A program made the translations under genes and the position numbers. The notes under the pieces were generated by a model. That model made no database searches. It was not told the DNA's origin and worked only from the letters and a program-made list of their open reading frames with translations. Positions 38,899-51,087 of a stretch of 64,000 bases of DNA are shown here, piece after piece; the first letter of the stretch is position 1; the number at the start of each line of letters is the position of its first letter. Origin of the DNA: Schizochytrium sp. TIO01 (Eukaryota > Protista > Bigyra: Labyrinthulomycetes); contig SMSO01000004.1 of assembly GCA_004764695.1 (NCBI GenBank), positions 620,001 to 684,000 of the forward strand. The letters run 5' to 3'.

Positions 38899-40017
38899 TT
38901 ACTTTAAAACAATTCGACCCATAGTGCTTCGAAGCATGAGCTCCTCAGACTTGTCAAGGCTTTCATTAGCTGGGATTGAGAATTCCACCTGCGAAAATGT
39001 GTTAGGAAAGCACATGTAAATTGCACTCCCACCGTAGGCAAAAAGAGCGATTTCCTCGCCGCGACAAATTTGACTGCCCGTCTCCACATGCAATTGGACG
39101 CTGCCAATTAGCGGGCCACCCACAAAGGCAGCATACATTGTTCCCCACGGGGAAATCAGCTCCATAACAACTCGTTTATTTTCTCCAAGTGTGTCTACGG
39201 TTGGGTGTTCAATGCCGATAGGTTTGGTGGTGTGGTAGGCGATACCTCCAGTCCATATACGTCCAACTTGTGCATCAAAAGGAGAATACGCTCGGTGGAT
39301 GTGGCGAGGGTGAAGGCGTACACAAACTACATTCCCACCTTCCATGTTTTTGGCAAATTTGGTATCCTCTCCGCCAAGGAAAGTATCCATGTTGAAAATC
39401 TTGTTTTTCACTACAAGCCCACGGACCATGCTCCATGGTTTAAATACCATATAGTGCGCATCTGCCATGGCCGAAATAAGGTGGGAACCATCATCAGATT
39501 CTTGCTCCATAGGTCGATGTTTCTCAATATCGATTGCACGGTAGAAGAAGTCGTTCATGCTTGTAAAGGCATCGAGGGGTTTGAGGCAGAGGCTCGTATC
39601 AACTTCATACGTCTTTACAAAGCGGGGAATCAAGCCCGCACTTTCTGGACTTGTCCATGCTTTGCCAAACTCCTCGGAGAGGCGGACGAGGCTCTCGCGC
39701 ATCATTTCGAAGCGGTCAAAGCTGCTGTCCTCCGTATCGAAAGCATCTGGTCCGTTTCCATAGATGCGACGGTATACAATTCGCATAGTTTGATCATCAG
39801 GAGATCTCAGAATCGCTTGTTCTAAATATGGGATGAGGTCGTGCTGCGCTTTCTTCCTTGCTTCAAGGAGTGACGGTTTGAGTTCATTGTCATCTTTCAC
39901 AAGCTCTAGTTCACGCTCTAGCTTGGTGAGTTTGCAAAGACCTTGCAAGATGGAGGCTGCCAGAGTGTCCATCTCTGGTGGTGTCAGGCTTTCTTCAGGG
40001 ACCCTTTCAGCTGCCAT
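38899..40017 (-). CDS. Phosphatidylserine decarboxylase family proenzyme (PSD2-like catalytic module, divergent)
   Basis: FTSMNDFFYR, SAMADA (PAD-type Asp), RLHPRHIHRAYSP, ENKRVV, VGGPLIGSV, GEEIALFAYGGSAI (GGS self-cleavage motif). First in-frame ATG is at 40017; the track's start is TTG. Confidence 0.85.
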   Translation of the reverse strand: MAAERVPEESLTPPEMDTLAASILQGLCKLTKLERELELVKDDNELKPSLLEARKKAQHDLIPYLEQAILRSPDDQTMRIVYRRIYGNGPDAFDTEDSSFDRFEMMRESLVRLSEEFGKAWTSPESAGLIPRFVKTYEVDTSLCLKPLDAFTSMNDFFYRAIDIEKHRPMEQESDDGSHLISAMADAHYMVFKPWSMVRGLVVKNKIFNMDTFLGGEDTKFAKNMEGGNVVCVRLHPRHIHRAYSPFDAQVGRIWTGGIAYHTTKPIGIEHPTVDTLGENKRVVMELISPWGTMYAAFVGGPLIGSVQLHVETGSQICRGEEIALFAYGGSAIYMCFPNTFSQVEFSIPANESLDKSEELMLRSTMGRIVLK

Positions 40018-40840
40018 TCTTCTTGTCAAGCACCGGAATATCCACGCGTACCCTCGGCGACTTTGTGGATCTTGTTCTATTAAAGATGCAGAGTTAAGCT
40101 CTATTGCAAATTGCTGCAAACCTTGCTTGCATTGCTTGCATTGCCAAGATCTTTCAATCTTGGTATTTATGATGCAAAGCTTAAGCTTATAGGTACCTAG
40201 GCCCTGGCTACCTATCTACCTACTGATTCATTACAATTAGCTGCTTCCCAAGTCTTAGTCGCACCTCTATCGACCCATAGAAGAAGAGATACTAGAACCT
40301 ACCTACCAAAGTACATACTGTATACCTTGGGTCTTTCATAGCAAAAGCAAAGCCACTTTAGTCCAAGTTTCGTGAAGGCTCAAGCGAAGTATCCAAATAA
40401 CAAAGCAGAAAGCTTCATCAATTTCGATGCTATCGAGGTGAGATTCGTCTCTTCATAGCAGCGAAGTTCGCGCATTAAATTGAATCAGGGGGACTTTAGT
40501 CGTTGTATTCATGACAAGCTCCTCGCTCCCAATCCTCCAAATGAGCGTGTATCATTACGTGAATGAATCGAAATTTCGCATCTTAAATCTGGCACTTGTC
40601 CAATTGTGCTTTGAGAATAAATTTGATGTGCACGAACTTTTCTTAAAGCAAGCATCGAACTCATTTGCTGGATCGGATCTTGAGTTTCCTGAAAGCGTCT
40701 CGAAGAATCCACACGCTGCCGAGCTCGAAGGCAGTTTACGATGGCTCGGTGACCGGGTGCAAAGGTGCCAATTCCAGATCTTTTCTTCTTTAAAAATATA
40801 AATTACAAAAATGAACTTTTTCTTTTAATTAAAAATAGAA

Positions 40841-41941
40841 AGAAATAGAAATAGAAATAGAAATAGAAATAGAAATAGAAATAGAAATAGAAATAGAAAT
40901 AGAAATAGAAATAGAAATAGAAATAGAAATAGAAATAGAAATAGAAATAGAAATAGAAATAGAAATAGAAATAGAAATAGAAATAGAAATAGAAATAGAA
41001 ATAGAAATAGAAATAGAAATAGAAATAGAAATAGAAATAGAAATAGAAATAGAAATAGAAATAGAAATAGAAATAGAAATAGAAATAGAAATAGAAATAG
41101 AAATAGAAATAGAAATAGAAATAGAAATAGAAATAGAAATAGAAATAGAAATAGAAATAGAAATAGAAATAGAAATAGAATAGAAATAGAAATAGAAATA
41201 GAAATAGAAATAGAAATAGAAATAGAAATAGAAATAGAAATAGAAATAGAAATAGAAATAGAAATAGAAATAGAAATAGAATAGAAATAGAAATAGAAAT
41301 AGAAATAGAAATAGAAATAGAAATAGAAATAGAAATAGAAATAGAAATAGAAATAGAAATAGAAATAGAAATAGAAATAGAAATAGAAATAGAAATAGAA
41401 ATAGAAATGAAATAGAAATAGAAATAGAAATAGAAATAGAAATAGAAATAGAAATAGAAATAGAAATAGAAATAGAAATAGAAATAGAAATAGAAATAGA
41501 AATAGAAATAGAAATAGAAATAGAAATAGAAATAGAAATAGAAATAGAAATAGAAATAGAAATAGAAATAGAAATAGAAATAGAAATAGAAATAGAAATA
41601 GAAATAGAAATAGAAATAGAAATAGAAATAGAAATAGAAATAGAAATAGAAATAGAAATAGAAATAGAAATAGAAATAGAAATAGAAATAGAAATAGAAA
41701 TAGAAATAGAAATAGAAATAGAAATAGAAATAGAAATAGAAATAGAAATAGAAATAGAAATAGAAATAGAAATAGAAATAGAAATAGAAATAGAAATAGA
41801 AATAGAAATAGAAATAGAAATAGAAATAGAAATAGAAATAGAAATAGAAATAGAAATAGAAATAGAAATAGAAATAGAAATAGAAATAGAAATAGAAATA
41901 GAAATAGAAATAGAAATAGAAATAGAAATAGAAATAGAAAT
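40841..41941. repeat. (GAAATA)n array, ~1.1 kb, ~183 copies
   Basis: Near-perfect tandem array with three single-base deletions (~41180, ~41281, ~41408). Confidence 0.98.
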
Positions 41942-44900
41942 CAGCCTGTGTTGATCCTTGAAGAGTCCAGGACCTGGTTTGAATACTTTACTCAGGGAAA
42001 TTTAGATGTTTGGTGCTGCACTCAAATTCAACTTTTGATTGAGTTGGGCTGATGGCATTTCGAGTTATGATTGTCGGAGGTCTCGCCGGAGCACCAAATC
42101 TTATTCACTTTGAGAAGTATTTATTTTTCATTATTATTTTTTAAAAGAGAGAAAGTCGAAAAAAAAAGAACCAACAAAGATCATGATAAGAAACTGAAAA
42201 AGAAAGTAGTAAATGCGTTATACGAAGCCTTGGAGCGTATTCTTCTCAAAGTTGCAATGCTTGAGATTAGCGCAGTCTTGCAAATTTCTAACCCATACTC
42301 CGCAAAAATTGTCAATTCAAATAGGAACTGCAAGAAATTGCTTGAAGTCTGCATACAGCATTGTGTCTTCCAATATCCAGCACCAGAATACTTTCTGATC
42401 TCTATCAGGTACCTTTCTTTTATATTGTCCGTTACGAAGGTAAGACTTTTGAGAACCCGTATCAAACTCAGGCCCTTTGCTATTTTGCAAACTGAATCGA
42501 CAACGCAGTACGATGCATAAAGGTCATCATGCTAACGTGTGCCAATACTATCGATGCCTCGCAAACATTCTCCAACCCTGTTTGTTTGTTTTGCCTTCGG
42601 TGCTTTCCGCGGCATCTGAAAGCGAGCTCCATCGCTTACCCTCCCTCCGCAACTAGCACTGAGCCACCCTAAGTCTTGTAAGTGAGGACCACAAGGGTGA
42701 AATAGAGCAACCTTCCGATGGCCAAAGCGTTGACTGATTGGAATAGTTATAAGCAAACCTAAAATCTACAGCATAGAGCAACTCCAAGCTCACACTCCTG
42801 TTATTTGCAGAGCCCAGACTCTCGTCTCTCGCCACGGGCGTGGACTCCTCCAACTTGCTCTGCGGTTTGTGTGCAAACATATCTTCGTTACGCTCCCTCC
42901 TATTGCACCTACAAAGCTTTCTTTAGCAGTCAATCTGGTTTTCCATTTCTATTTTTTGTTTTTTAACCCTGTTTTTAATATATTTATTTATGATCTCTGT
43001 TTTATGGACTCTAAAGAATAATAACAATACGCCGAGCCTGTCAATCAAAGCAGGGTTGTGAAAAGAAAACTCGCTCATGGCAAAAGGAGAAGAAAATGAA
43101 GGGACAAAGAGACTAATTTGTAAGCGCCGTTGAGCGTCGAAGCGCTCGGCGCAAGCCAAGATTGTCCGCCTGCAAGTCTCGCAGAAGGCTCTTTTAGTCA
43201 GTTGATGCTGGAGAACGCTGAAAAGCGAGGTCTGATTTCGTGTGTAAGCAACCACAAGCGCAAAGAGAAGTAATGGTCACTCACTCAAAGTTATTGCTGC
43301 TGGCACGAGCGAACCTCCTGGAGGTGGAGTGGAGGAGGTTCTGTTGGCGACAAATATTGCAGTGAGCAGGTTTGGTTTAGCTCGTGCTACATTTAACTTT
43401 ATTCGTGTGGGTCGCGCGAGAAGTCTGCAGCATGGAAGTTCAACTTAGAAGCATGTTCGCCAGGCGACGTGGACAAAGGCTGCAGTACTTTTCGTGAAGC
43501 TGGACTGCGTAGTATTTCGAGAGTCTTCTTGCTGAAAATCCCATCTTCAGGCCTGCATGGTATGTATGCTCGCTCGACAACTTCGTCGAGATCAGCAGGT
43601 TTGGGTTTCTTTGCAGCTAGGGTGAGTGTTTCGTGTTTTGTTTTATTTTATTTTTGCTCAAACCAGTGCAGCTTTTATGAAGCCCTGAAGAGCGATTGAC
43701 TTTACTACTCTGCAATTGTGCTTCTGCCAATTCGAGCAACTTAGTACTTGTTCTTCTTTTTATTTTTAGAGTCAAGCTTAACCCAATTCACCTTCAAAGA
43801 AGATCACTCATTTTAAGCAGGGTCAATCGTGGCTGTTCTCTCTCTTTAAACGAGCACCGCATTTCAACGTGGCTGAAGGAGAGTTCCTCGTCGAGTTCTT
43901 GGCGCACCACCGCAACCACGGAGGGTTTAATAGCGAGCAAGCTTCATCAGTTTCTGAAGAAAAGGAGCAAATTTGATGGGCCCACTCTCGTCGAGTTCTT
44001 TTTAATGACTCGGATGTTATTGTGCACACATTTTCCATTTGTTTTCATTTTCATCTTCATTTTCAATTTCTCAATTTTTCATTTTAAAATATTTCTCATC
44101 TTCAAGCTTTTTTTCCCTTTCCAGACTTATCGGTTCACCCTAGCACATGTTAGAGCAGCTGTAGGAGGCCCTGAAAACAGAAGGTCCTAAAAGAAGAACA
44201 AGAAGACCAGAAAAACAAAAAAGAAGAACTTAAATTAAAAAAAAATCTTCGCCAAGATCGATGACTGTAATACACATGAAATGTGAACTTCTCGTCGGAG
44301 CGAAGACACTCTTCTCGCACACGCACGCGCCGGAAGCTGATGCCCTGCTCCGCTGCTCCGCCGCTCCATCCAAAGCTCGACTCCTTGCCAGCCCAACGAA
44401 TGGAATGCAGCTGCCGCTGTATCGGAGTCCTCGTCCAGATCGCATAAAAAGGGCTCACCTGTCTTCAGCGAAGCCTATGTATGGCATCTGTCGGCTGCCT
44501 TCTCTGCAGAAGCACGTGCATGAGCTCGAGGCGAGAGCTCCTCGTTCGAGACCGGGGCCTTTGCTATGCCCTCCTCAAGAGGAGTGGAATGCCACAGTCG
44601 GATGGGCACTGCTGCTGATGCTGCTTCTTCTTCTTCGTCCTGACGCGAGCCGGGTTGAAAGGAAGATGGAGATCGATCGCCATCGTCGATCAGATCTGTG
44701 CTTCACCGTGCTCGAGCGCAGCGGGTCCGACGTGGAGCAGCCTCGAGGCAGCTAGCTAGAGGCAGCTGGGCAAGCGTTCACGACATTGTCGCGTCGCAGG
44801 GTCCTTCGTGGAAAGCCCAAAACTCCGCGGAGCCTGGATCGCTCCTTAGATCGAGGGATGTCTTGATTCCTTCTCTCTCTGAGGAAACGAATGAATGAAT

Positions 44901-45527
44901 GAATCAACGAATCAATCAATCAATAAATGAATCAATGAATGAACCATGGATGAATCATGGATGAGTGGACGTCGCCGACCCGCGCAAGCCTGGCCCTGCG
45001 GCCATGCCCGAAGGCTCGAGGGCGCTCTGCGCAACTTGTGTAAATGTCGGCCTGCAGAGCGCCGAAAGGAGCGATATATGCCAGTGAGTTCAGAAGTGAT
45101 GGAAGCGGCATTTGAGTCATGAAAGTTTGGAATTGACTGCCTGAACGAACGAACCAATGAATCAATCAATCAATGAATCAATCAATGAATCAATCAATGA
45201 GTGAGTGAACGAAAGCATGGATTTGCGGCGGCTTATTCGCTGCTGGTTTGGCCCAAGGGCTGCAAACCATTTCGTCGGGTGCGTCTCAGACGAATCGCCA
45301 CCGTGGATGTGGTCTTTGCCACACGAGTCTCGCCCCCACATCTTTTGCAGGGAAAAAGAAGTAGAACCATTTGATCAGAAAAAAGCAGAAAAAGTGCACT
45401 TGCTATCTTTTGATGGCGCAGAACTAAAGAAGGCTGACTACTACACCTGCATACGAACTGAATAGGGCTCTGAGAGCATAACTAACGTCACAAGGAAGCA
45501 GGGAAGAAACCAAAACACTAATTGATT

Positions 45528-45669
45528 ATTCAATCAATCAATCAATCAAACAAACAAACAAACAAACAAACAAACAAACAAACAAACAAACAAACAAACA
45601 AACAAACAAACAAACAAACAAACAAACAAACAAACAAACAAACAAACAAACAAATAAATAAACAAACAA
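45528..45669. repeat. (CAAT)n then (CAAA)n microsatellite
   Basis: Seen directly. Confidence 0.95.
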
Positions 45670-46512
45670 TCGAACGAATAAGCTACCTGAATCTGAGCAC
45701 CGCATGCTAGACCTCGCTTCGACACAGCGTGTCTCGCGGCACGCCTTTAACTACTTGCTCCACCGAGACGCGCGAAGTGTTGTTGTGAACGCATCCAGCA
45801 CAGCAATCTTATGAATTGATTAATTGATTATAATTAATAACGTGCTGTGCAAACAGTTGGTTGGCACGTGTTTTCACACGAGTCGTATTTGAGAAGCTTT
45901 TGTTCAAACCTGCCGTCCAGGCATGTTCTCTGCTCTCTTCCAACTTACTTGAGGTAAGCATTTTTATTTTATACTCTTTAAACTATTTATTTTTATTTCG
46001 AGGAAGTTTGAGTATAAATATGTTTATATATCATACTGAGCTATATGTGTTAAATCACTACTATTAGTATCTATCTCACTAGTACCGCACTTATATAAAC
46101 TTTCATTTCATTTCATTTTTTTTTATTTTTTTATTTTTATAATTATAGTTTTTAATTAAAAATAATAAAAAAAACTAACTATAATAGTACGAGAAGCATC
46201 CCTGATACACAAATCAGGTTCTTGTTTCTTGTAATAGCAAGTTTATCGTTGACGATGTACTACCTACCTGGTGTAAAAAAATTATAGATATTCCGAGATG
46301 GTAGAACGAACAAGTAAGGGAACCAAGGTAGGCAGGTAGAAGAAAAGTTTAATCACCCAAATACAGGACCAACCAAAAGGCATTTGTTTATCCTTTGCAT
46401 AAAAGCAAGAAGAAATGCCAGGCAGTCCAGCAAAAACCAAACAGTGAAAACCGAGAGCAAAACCAATAGTGAACCAAGTTTGCACAACTTCAGAAATAGG
46501 TTCTGGGTCACA

Positions 46513-47364
46513 ATGACACAATCTTGGATGAACCTGGCGAAGGCGGTTGTAGTACTTCTCTTGGCAGTCGTACTGCAGAGCGAAACTGTAGTTGCAGAGA
46601 CAAATGACTGCTCTGCATACACCACGAAATCAACTTGCCGGGCTAAGAAGAGCGCATATGATTGCTACTGGAAAAGCAAAAAGTGTCAGCAGCGGCCTAA
46701 TGTTTACTTTGTGGGCAACTCTTTCACAATCTACCGTGTGCCAAGCCCCAAGACGAGCTTGCCTGACCTTGTGCAAAAGCTTGCCAATAAAGCAAGCTCT
46801 GATGTAGGCACATGGACTGTGGATTCGTATGCCACAGGTAGTGCCCAGCTCCGCCAAACTGTAGCTGATTCCGACGTGACTGATGAGATCTTTGCCCGTA
46901 ACCGAACTTGGCTGGTTCTTCAAGAACAAAGTCAAATGCTTGCCTACAACTCGTGGACGAGCACCACGCTCCCTGCAGCAAAGAAGTTTGCGCAAATGGC
47001 AGCTGAGAAGGGAATGCAAGTCATGCTTTATGAGACCTGGGGATACGGTAGCAACTATGATTCTTTTCAAAGCGCGCTTCACACCAATTATCAGTCACTT
47101 GCTGATCAAATTGGGGCCACGCTGTGCCCTGCTGGCCAGGTCTGGAAAAAAGCACGCGAGGAACTTGGCTCTGACTATACCTCATTGTACGGCAGTGATA
47201 GCAAGCACCCTTCTTATTTTGGCCACTACGTTGTGGCTTGTGCGTTTCATGCATGTATTCATGGTGAATCTCCTGTGGGTCTTGCTTACTATCCTTATGG
47301 AGTTACTGAAGCCCAGGCAGCTCTTGCTCAACAGTGGGCTGCAGACGTCATTCTTTCCCGCTGA
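46513..47364 (+). CDS. Secreted SGNH/GDSL-fold hydrolase (DUF4886-like) with a small Cys-rich N-terminal module
   Basis: ATG at 46513 (or 46528), signal peptide AVVVLLLAVVLQSETVVA, 4-Cys module, block I YFVGNSFT, VLQEQS, YETWGY, block V DSKHPS (DxxH). Confidence 0.82.
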   Translation: MTQSWMNLAKAVVVLLLAVVLQSETVVAETNDCSAYTTKSTCRAKKSAYDCYWKSKKCQQRPNVYFVGNSFTIYRVPSPKTSLPDLVQKLANKASSDVGTWTVDSYATGSAQLRQTVADSDVTDEIFARNRTWLVLQEQSQMLAYNSWTSTTLPAAKKFAQMAAEKGMQVMLYETWGYGSNYDSFQSALHTNYQSLADQIGATLCPAGQVWKKAREELGSDYTSLYGSDSKHPSYFGHYVVACAFHACIHGESPVGLAYYPYGVTEAQAALAQQWAADVILSR

Positions 47365-49205
47365 AAGGTTTATCTTTCGTCTTAAGCTTTGACTTTGTTT
47401 CAAATCATTTTGCTTTGAGCAGGATGTACATGCATACAAACCAGCCATATCTTTCCCAGCTGCACAAATGTCTTTGATTTTTATCTCAAGCAAGCTTCTG
47501 AACATGTTCACTTTTCCGAAACTGAAACTTAGGCTACTGACCATTTTTAACACATAGTACCTAATCGATTGGCGATTTCTTGGAGTTCTTAAGGAGCCCA
47601 ATCTGACTGACATTTCTTTGTCTGAGCAATGCTATTTTATGCTTTTCATCATTTTCCTATAGGGGTTTCTCCTATCATTCCGCTAGAAATCATTTGTGCA
47701 TAGCATTACATTTATAACATCACCTCTTTGTTGGCGCTCTGGATCTTCCGCTTTCATGAATCCTCTCAAGCTCCGACGCACAACTATACTCAGTTTGTAC
47801 TTAAAGAAGATTTAATTTCTAGATTGAATTGATTTTCCTTGATTCTCATCCTAAGTACGCTACGACGTAGTTTCTAGACTGCTCGCACTTGGACTTTCAT
47901 CTCTCGACGGAGGTCTGTGAAATTCAATCATTGGAAACACGACCATATTCTACACATCATGCTGTGATGATTTGCACAGTCTGCTACCACGCAGGGGCTA
48001 CCGGGCTTGCTGTCTAAACCAATCAAAGCCTCGACTATTAGTTGACCACAACTGTGGTTTGGGTTGTGCAGTTTAGATTGAATCTGACCTAGGTATTACC
48101 TGGCAAGGCTAAGAGCATATTCCAAAGCCCTTATTCCCAAACTAGAGACACCGCCCTACAATCTGTTTCCTACTCTTGCTCGCGTCCTCGCAAGGATCAG
48201 GGCATCCAAGACACAGTGGCCTTAGCCCCTTTCTCCTTAGGTAGAGAATAACCAGAAAAGTAAACGTGCACAGTCATGTGACCATCCTGATGCCATGATA
48301 ATATTACACCATCCCAGCAACGGATCTCACTGCGACCGATTCACCTCAACGTTGTTCGTTAAGATCGTCCTTACCGCTATACTATGCGCAGTTTACACAA
48401 AGCTTTCTACCTGATCCTTCCGCAGGTCATTGCGAGTCGTCTTGGCACATCGAGATCGACATGAACCTCAATCACCATAACAGATATCTTTCCAGTGACT
48501 ACTTGGTAATTAATTGTGCTACCAATGAGGCTATTGATAGCTCTAGTTGGGTTCTCAAGTTCGGGTACCTAGCTAGTTAGTCATGACTAAAAGGAGATGC
48601 TAAGTACTATGGTAGCTACGAGTCTAGCTAGCTACTTTCCTAAGGTCGTGAGTTTTTACCCAAACTAAAAGATCTCAAGGAACCCCTCTGACTACTGCTG
48701 AGAGCGAAGAAGGCCCTCACGAAGTTCTGCACCAACCTTGAATCGGCACTCAGGGACCGCACGGCGCTCAATGCAGCATTCGATGACTACAAAGCCAAAG
48801 GCGCTCCACAGGCACGAGCGGGAGAGAGAGGCCCATCGCTGACTTGCAGCCACGAGTCAGCGCGGCAGAGCCAGGGAAGGACGATCTTCGTCTTCGTCTT
48901 CGTCTCCATCTTCGTCGGCGCGGTTTTGCCTCTCGGATCGAGGTCGGGAACCCTGGTCTCACGAGACGGAATGAGCCAGCGCCTCGGAGACAGACAGATC
49001 AACCAATCGATCAGTCTGCCGCTCAGCCTGTCAGTCGATCGATCTTCGTGGGCCATCACGCTCAGCTCATGAGTGGCACCAGCGGCGGAGGAGACGGGTT
49101 CGTCGAACCTGCAATGACGGGCCAACGCAGAAGCGCGGCGATTCCTGATGGGTACGCCACGCCTCGAGTCGAGCGAGTCTCACCTGGCCATGCAAAACGC
49201 TCCAC

Positions 49206-49263
49206 TGCTCTGCTTTGCTCTGCTCTGCTTTGCTCTGCTCTGCTCTGCTCAGCTCAGCTCAGC
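49206..49263. repeat. (CTCTG/CTTTG/CTCAG)n pentamer repeat
   Basis: Seen directly. Confidence 0.85.
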
Positions 49264-49672
49264 TTCGCAGCTCAGGTCTTCCGGGTTCTCACCGCGGTCG
49301 AGGTCCACGCCGATGCGCTCCATGCGGAAGTCCTCGAGCACAGCAGCTTCAAGACAGGGCCGCAGCCGCCTTGAAGAGTTCTCGCGAGACGCGGCGCAGG
49401 GTCCGCCGACAGCGCTGGTCCCTCCGCACCCGCTGCTTCTTCAACCTCGTCGCCGCCGTCGGCCGCGTTGACGCCCAGTTCGAGTTCGAGTTCTTGATCT
49501 CCCCCGTTGCAGAGATCGCAGCTCTCGGACCTGACTGGATCCAACCTGAACTCCTCCTGCCAACACCAGGTCGACTGCGTCAGGTCCAGTCCTGGCTGCG
49601 GGCCCCGCCGTCGCCATCGCCGCCGCCGTTGCCGTCGCCGCCGTGATGACGATGATGCGGCGGTAGTCGGAA

Positions 49673-49827
49673 CTCACTCACTCACTCACTCACTCACTCA
49701 CTCACTCACTCACTCACTCACTCACTCACTCACTCACTCACTCACTCACTCACTCACTCACTCACTCACTCACTCACTCACTCACTCACTCACTCACTCA
49801 CTCACTCACTCACTCACTCACTCACTC
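49673..49827. repeat. (ACTC)n microsatellite, ~38 copies
   Basis: Seen directly. Confidence 0.97.
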
Positions 49828-49923
49828 TTCGAAGGGATCCAATTCTTGCATGAAAGACCCGGAGGGGACAGGGAGGAAAAGGGACCGCGCAGAGAACAGA
49901 ACAACACCCAGAGAACGCATGTG

Positions 49924-50061
49924 CATTCATTCATTCATTTAGGCATTTGCTTATGTATTCATTCATTTATGCATTCGCTTATGCATTCATTCATTCATGC
50001 ATTCGCTTATGCATTCACTTCTGCATTCATTCATGCATTGATTCATTCATTCATTCATTCA
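49924..50061. repeat. Degenerate (CATT)n repeat
   Basis: Seen directly; a similar (ATTT/ATTC)n tract lies at ~55740-55810. Confidence 0.8.
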
Positions 50062-51087
50062 TCTACGCGCTGCCGAGGATCACGCGGACCGAGCGAACGC
50101 CGCCGATGGAGAGACAGACTGAAAGTTAGGCGCGACGAGTTCTTGGATCTTCGCGTTGCGTTATTCGTTGCCGCGTCATGAACTCGAAGAAAGGCGGATC
50201 TCTCTCTCTCTCTCTCTCTCTGAAAAGCAGTCCTATTCTCCAAATAGAAATTGTTTCCGCTGCTTCGTTTTATCTGTCTTCAGAGAAAGCACGATTTCAC
50301 AGCGGCATTCATGCACTCGCAGGAGCAGAACCGGAACTGGGATTGAGAGCTCGATGGAGCCATGCAGATTACCCGAGCCCGGAGTCATGTCCGTCCACGA
50401 AGCCTCGAGGCACACAGCCGCCACTCCCAGCTTCTTCGCCACGGGCTCCAACCCGAACGCAGCGAACGCAGCGCAGTTCAACCGCACAATCCGTTCGCAA
50501 TTCCTGATTCCGCTGGGCTTCCTCAGTTACTCACTCACTCACTCACTCGCTTGCTTCCTCAACTTCTCACTCGCTTCTTAGAAAGACGGCCTTTTACAGA
50601 GACAGAGAGATAGATAGATGGATAGATGAACAAACTCTCACCTTCCTTCAATTCGCTACCAAGCACAGCGCAGTAGCACTTGCTAGTGCCTGCCTACAAC
50701 AAAATCTTCGGCAGTCAAAAAAAGGCCCGGTAGGAGTTAGCTAAGGGCGCATAGCCAGCCCGGCACCTGTGACTTGGAAAGGAACCTTTTAGTTGATGTC
50801 CCAGGAGCACGAGGGACACTTTGGCGATGTCAGATGGTGAACGCCTGCGAGGCACAAGAAACTAAGATCGCTCGCAGCCTAGTAAGTAAGAACTAAGAAC
50901 ACGATATCTTTAGCGTACTTACTTATTTCTCTGTCTGGATCCATCTAATCGAGAAGAACTTGAGGGAAGGAAAGATGTCGTCCAAGGTCTGAGGTCAGCA
51001 AATCCGAATCGTCGTGAGAGTGCAGAAGAATCGAACGAGGACAGTGCATTCATTACTGATTGATACAAAAGTTGAGTTGAAAACAGC

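Noticed and set aside
42071-42520. 149-aa plus-strand ORF
   Set aside because: TTG start, poly-A/T-derived composition and no recognisable motif.
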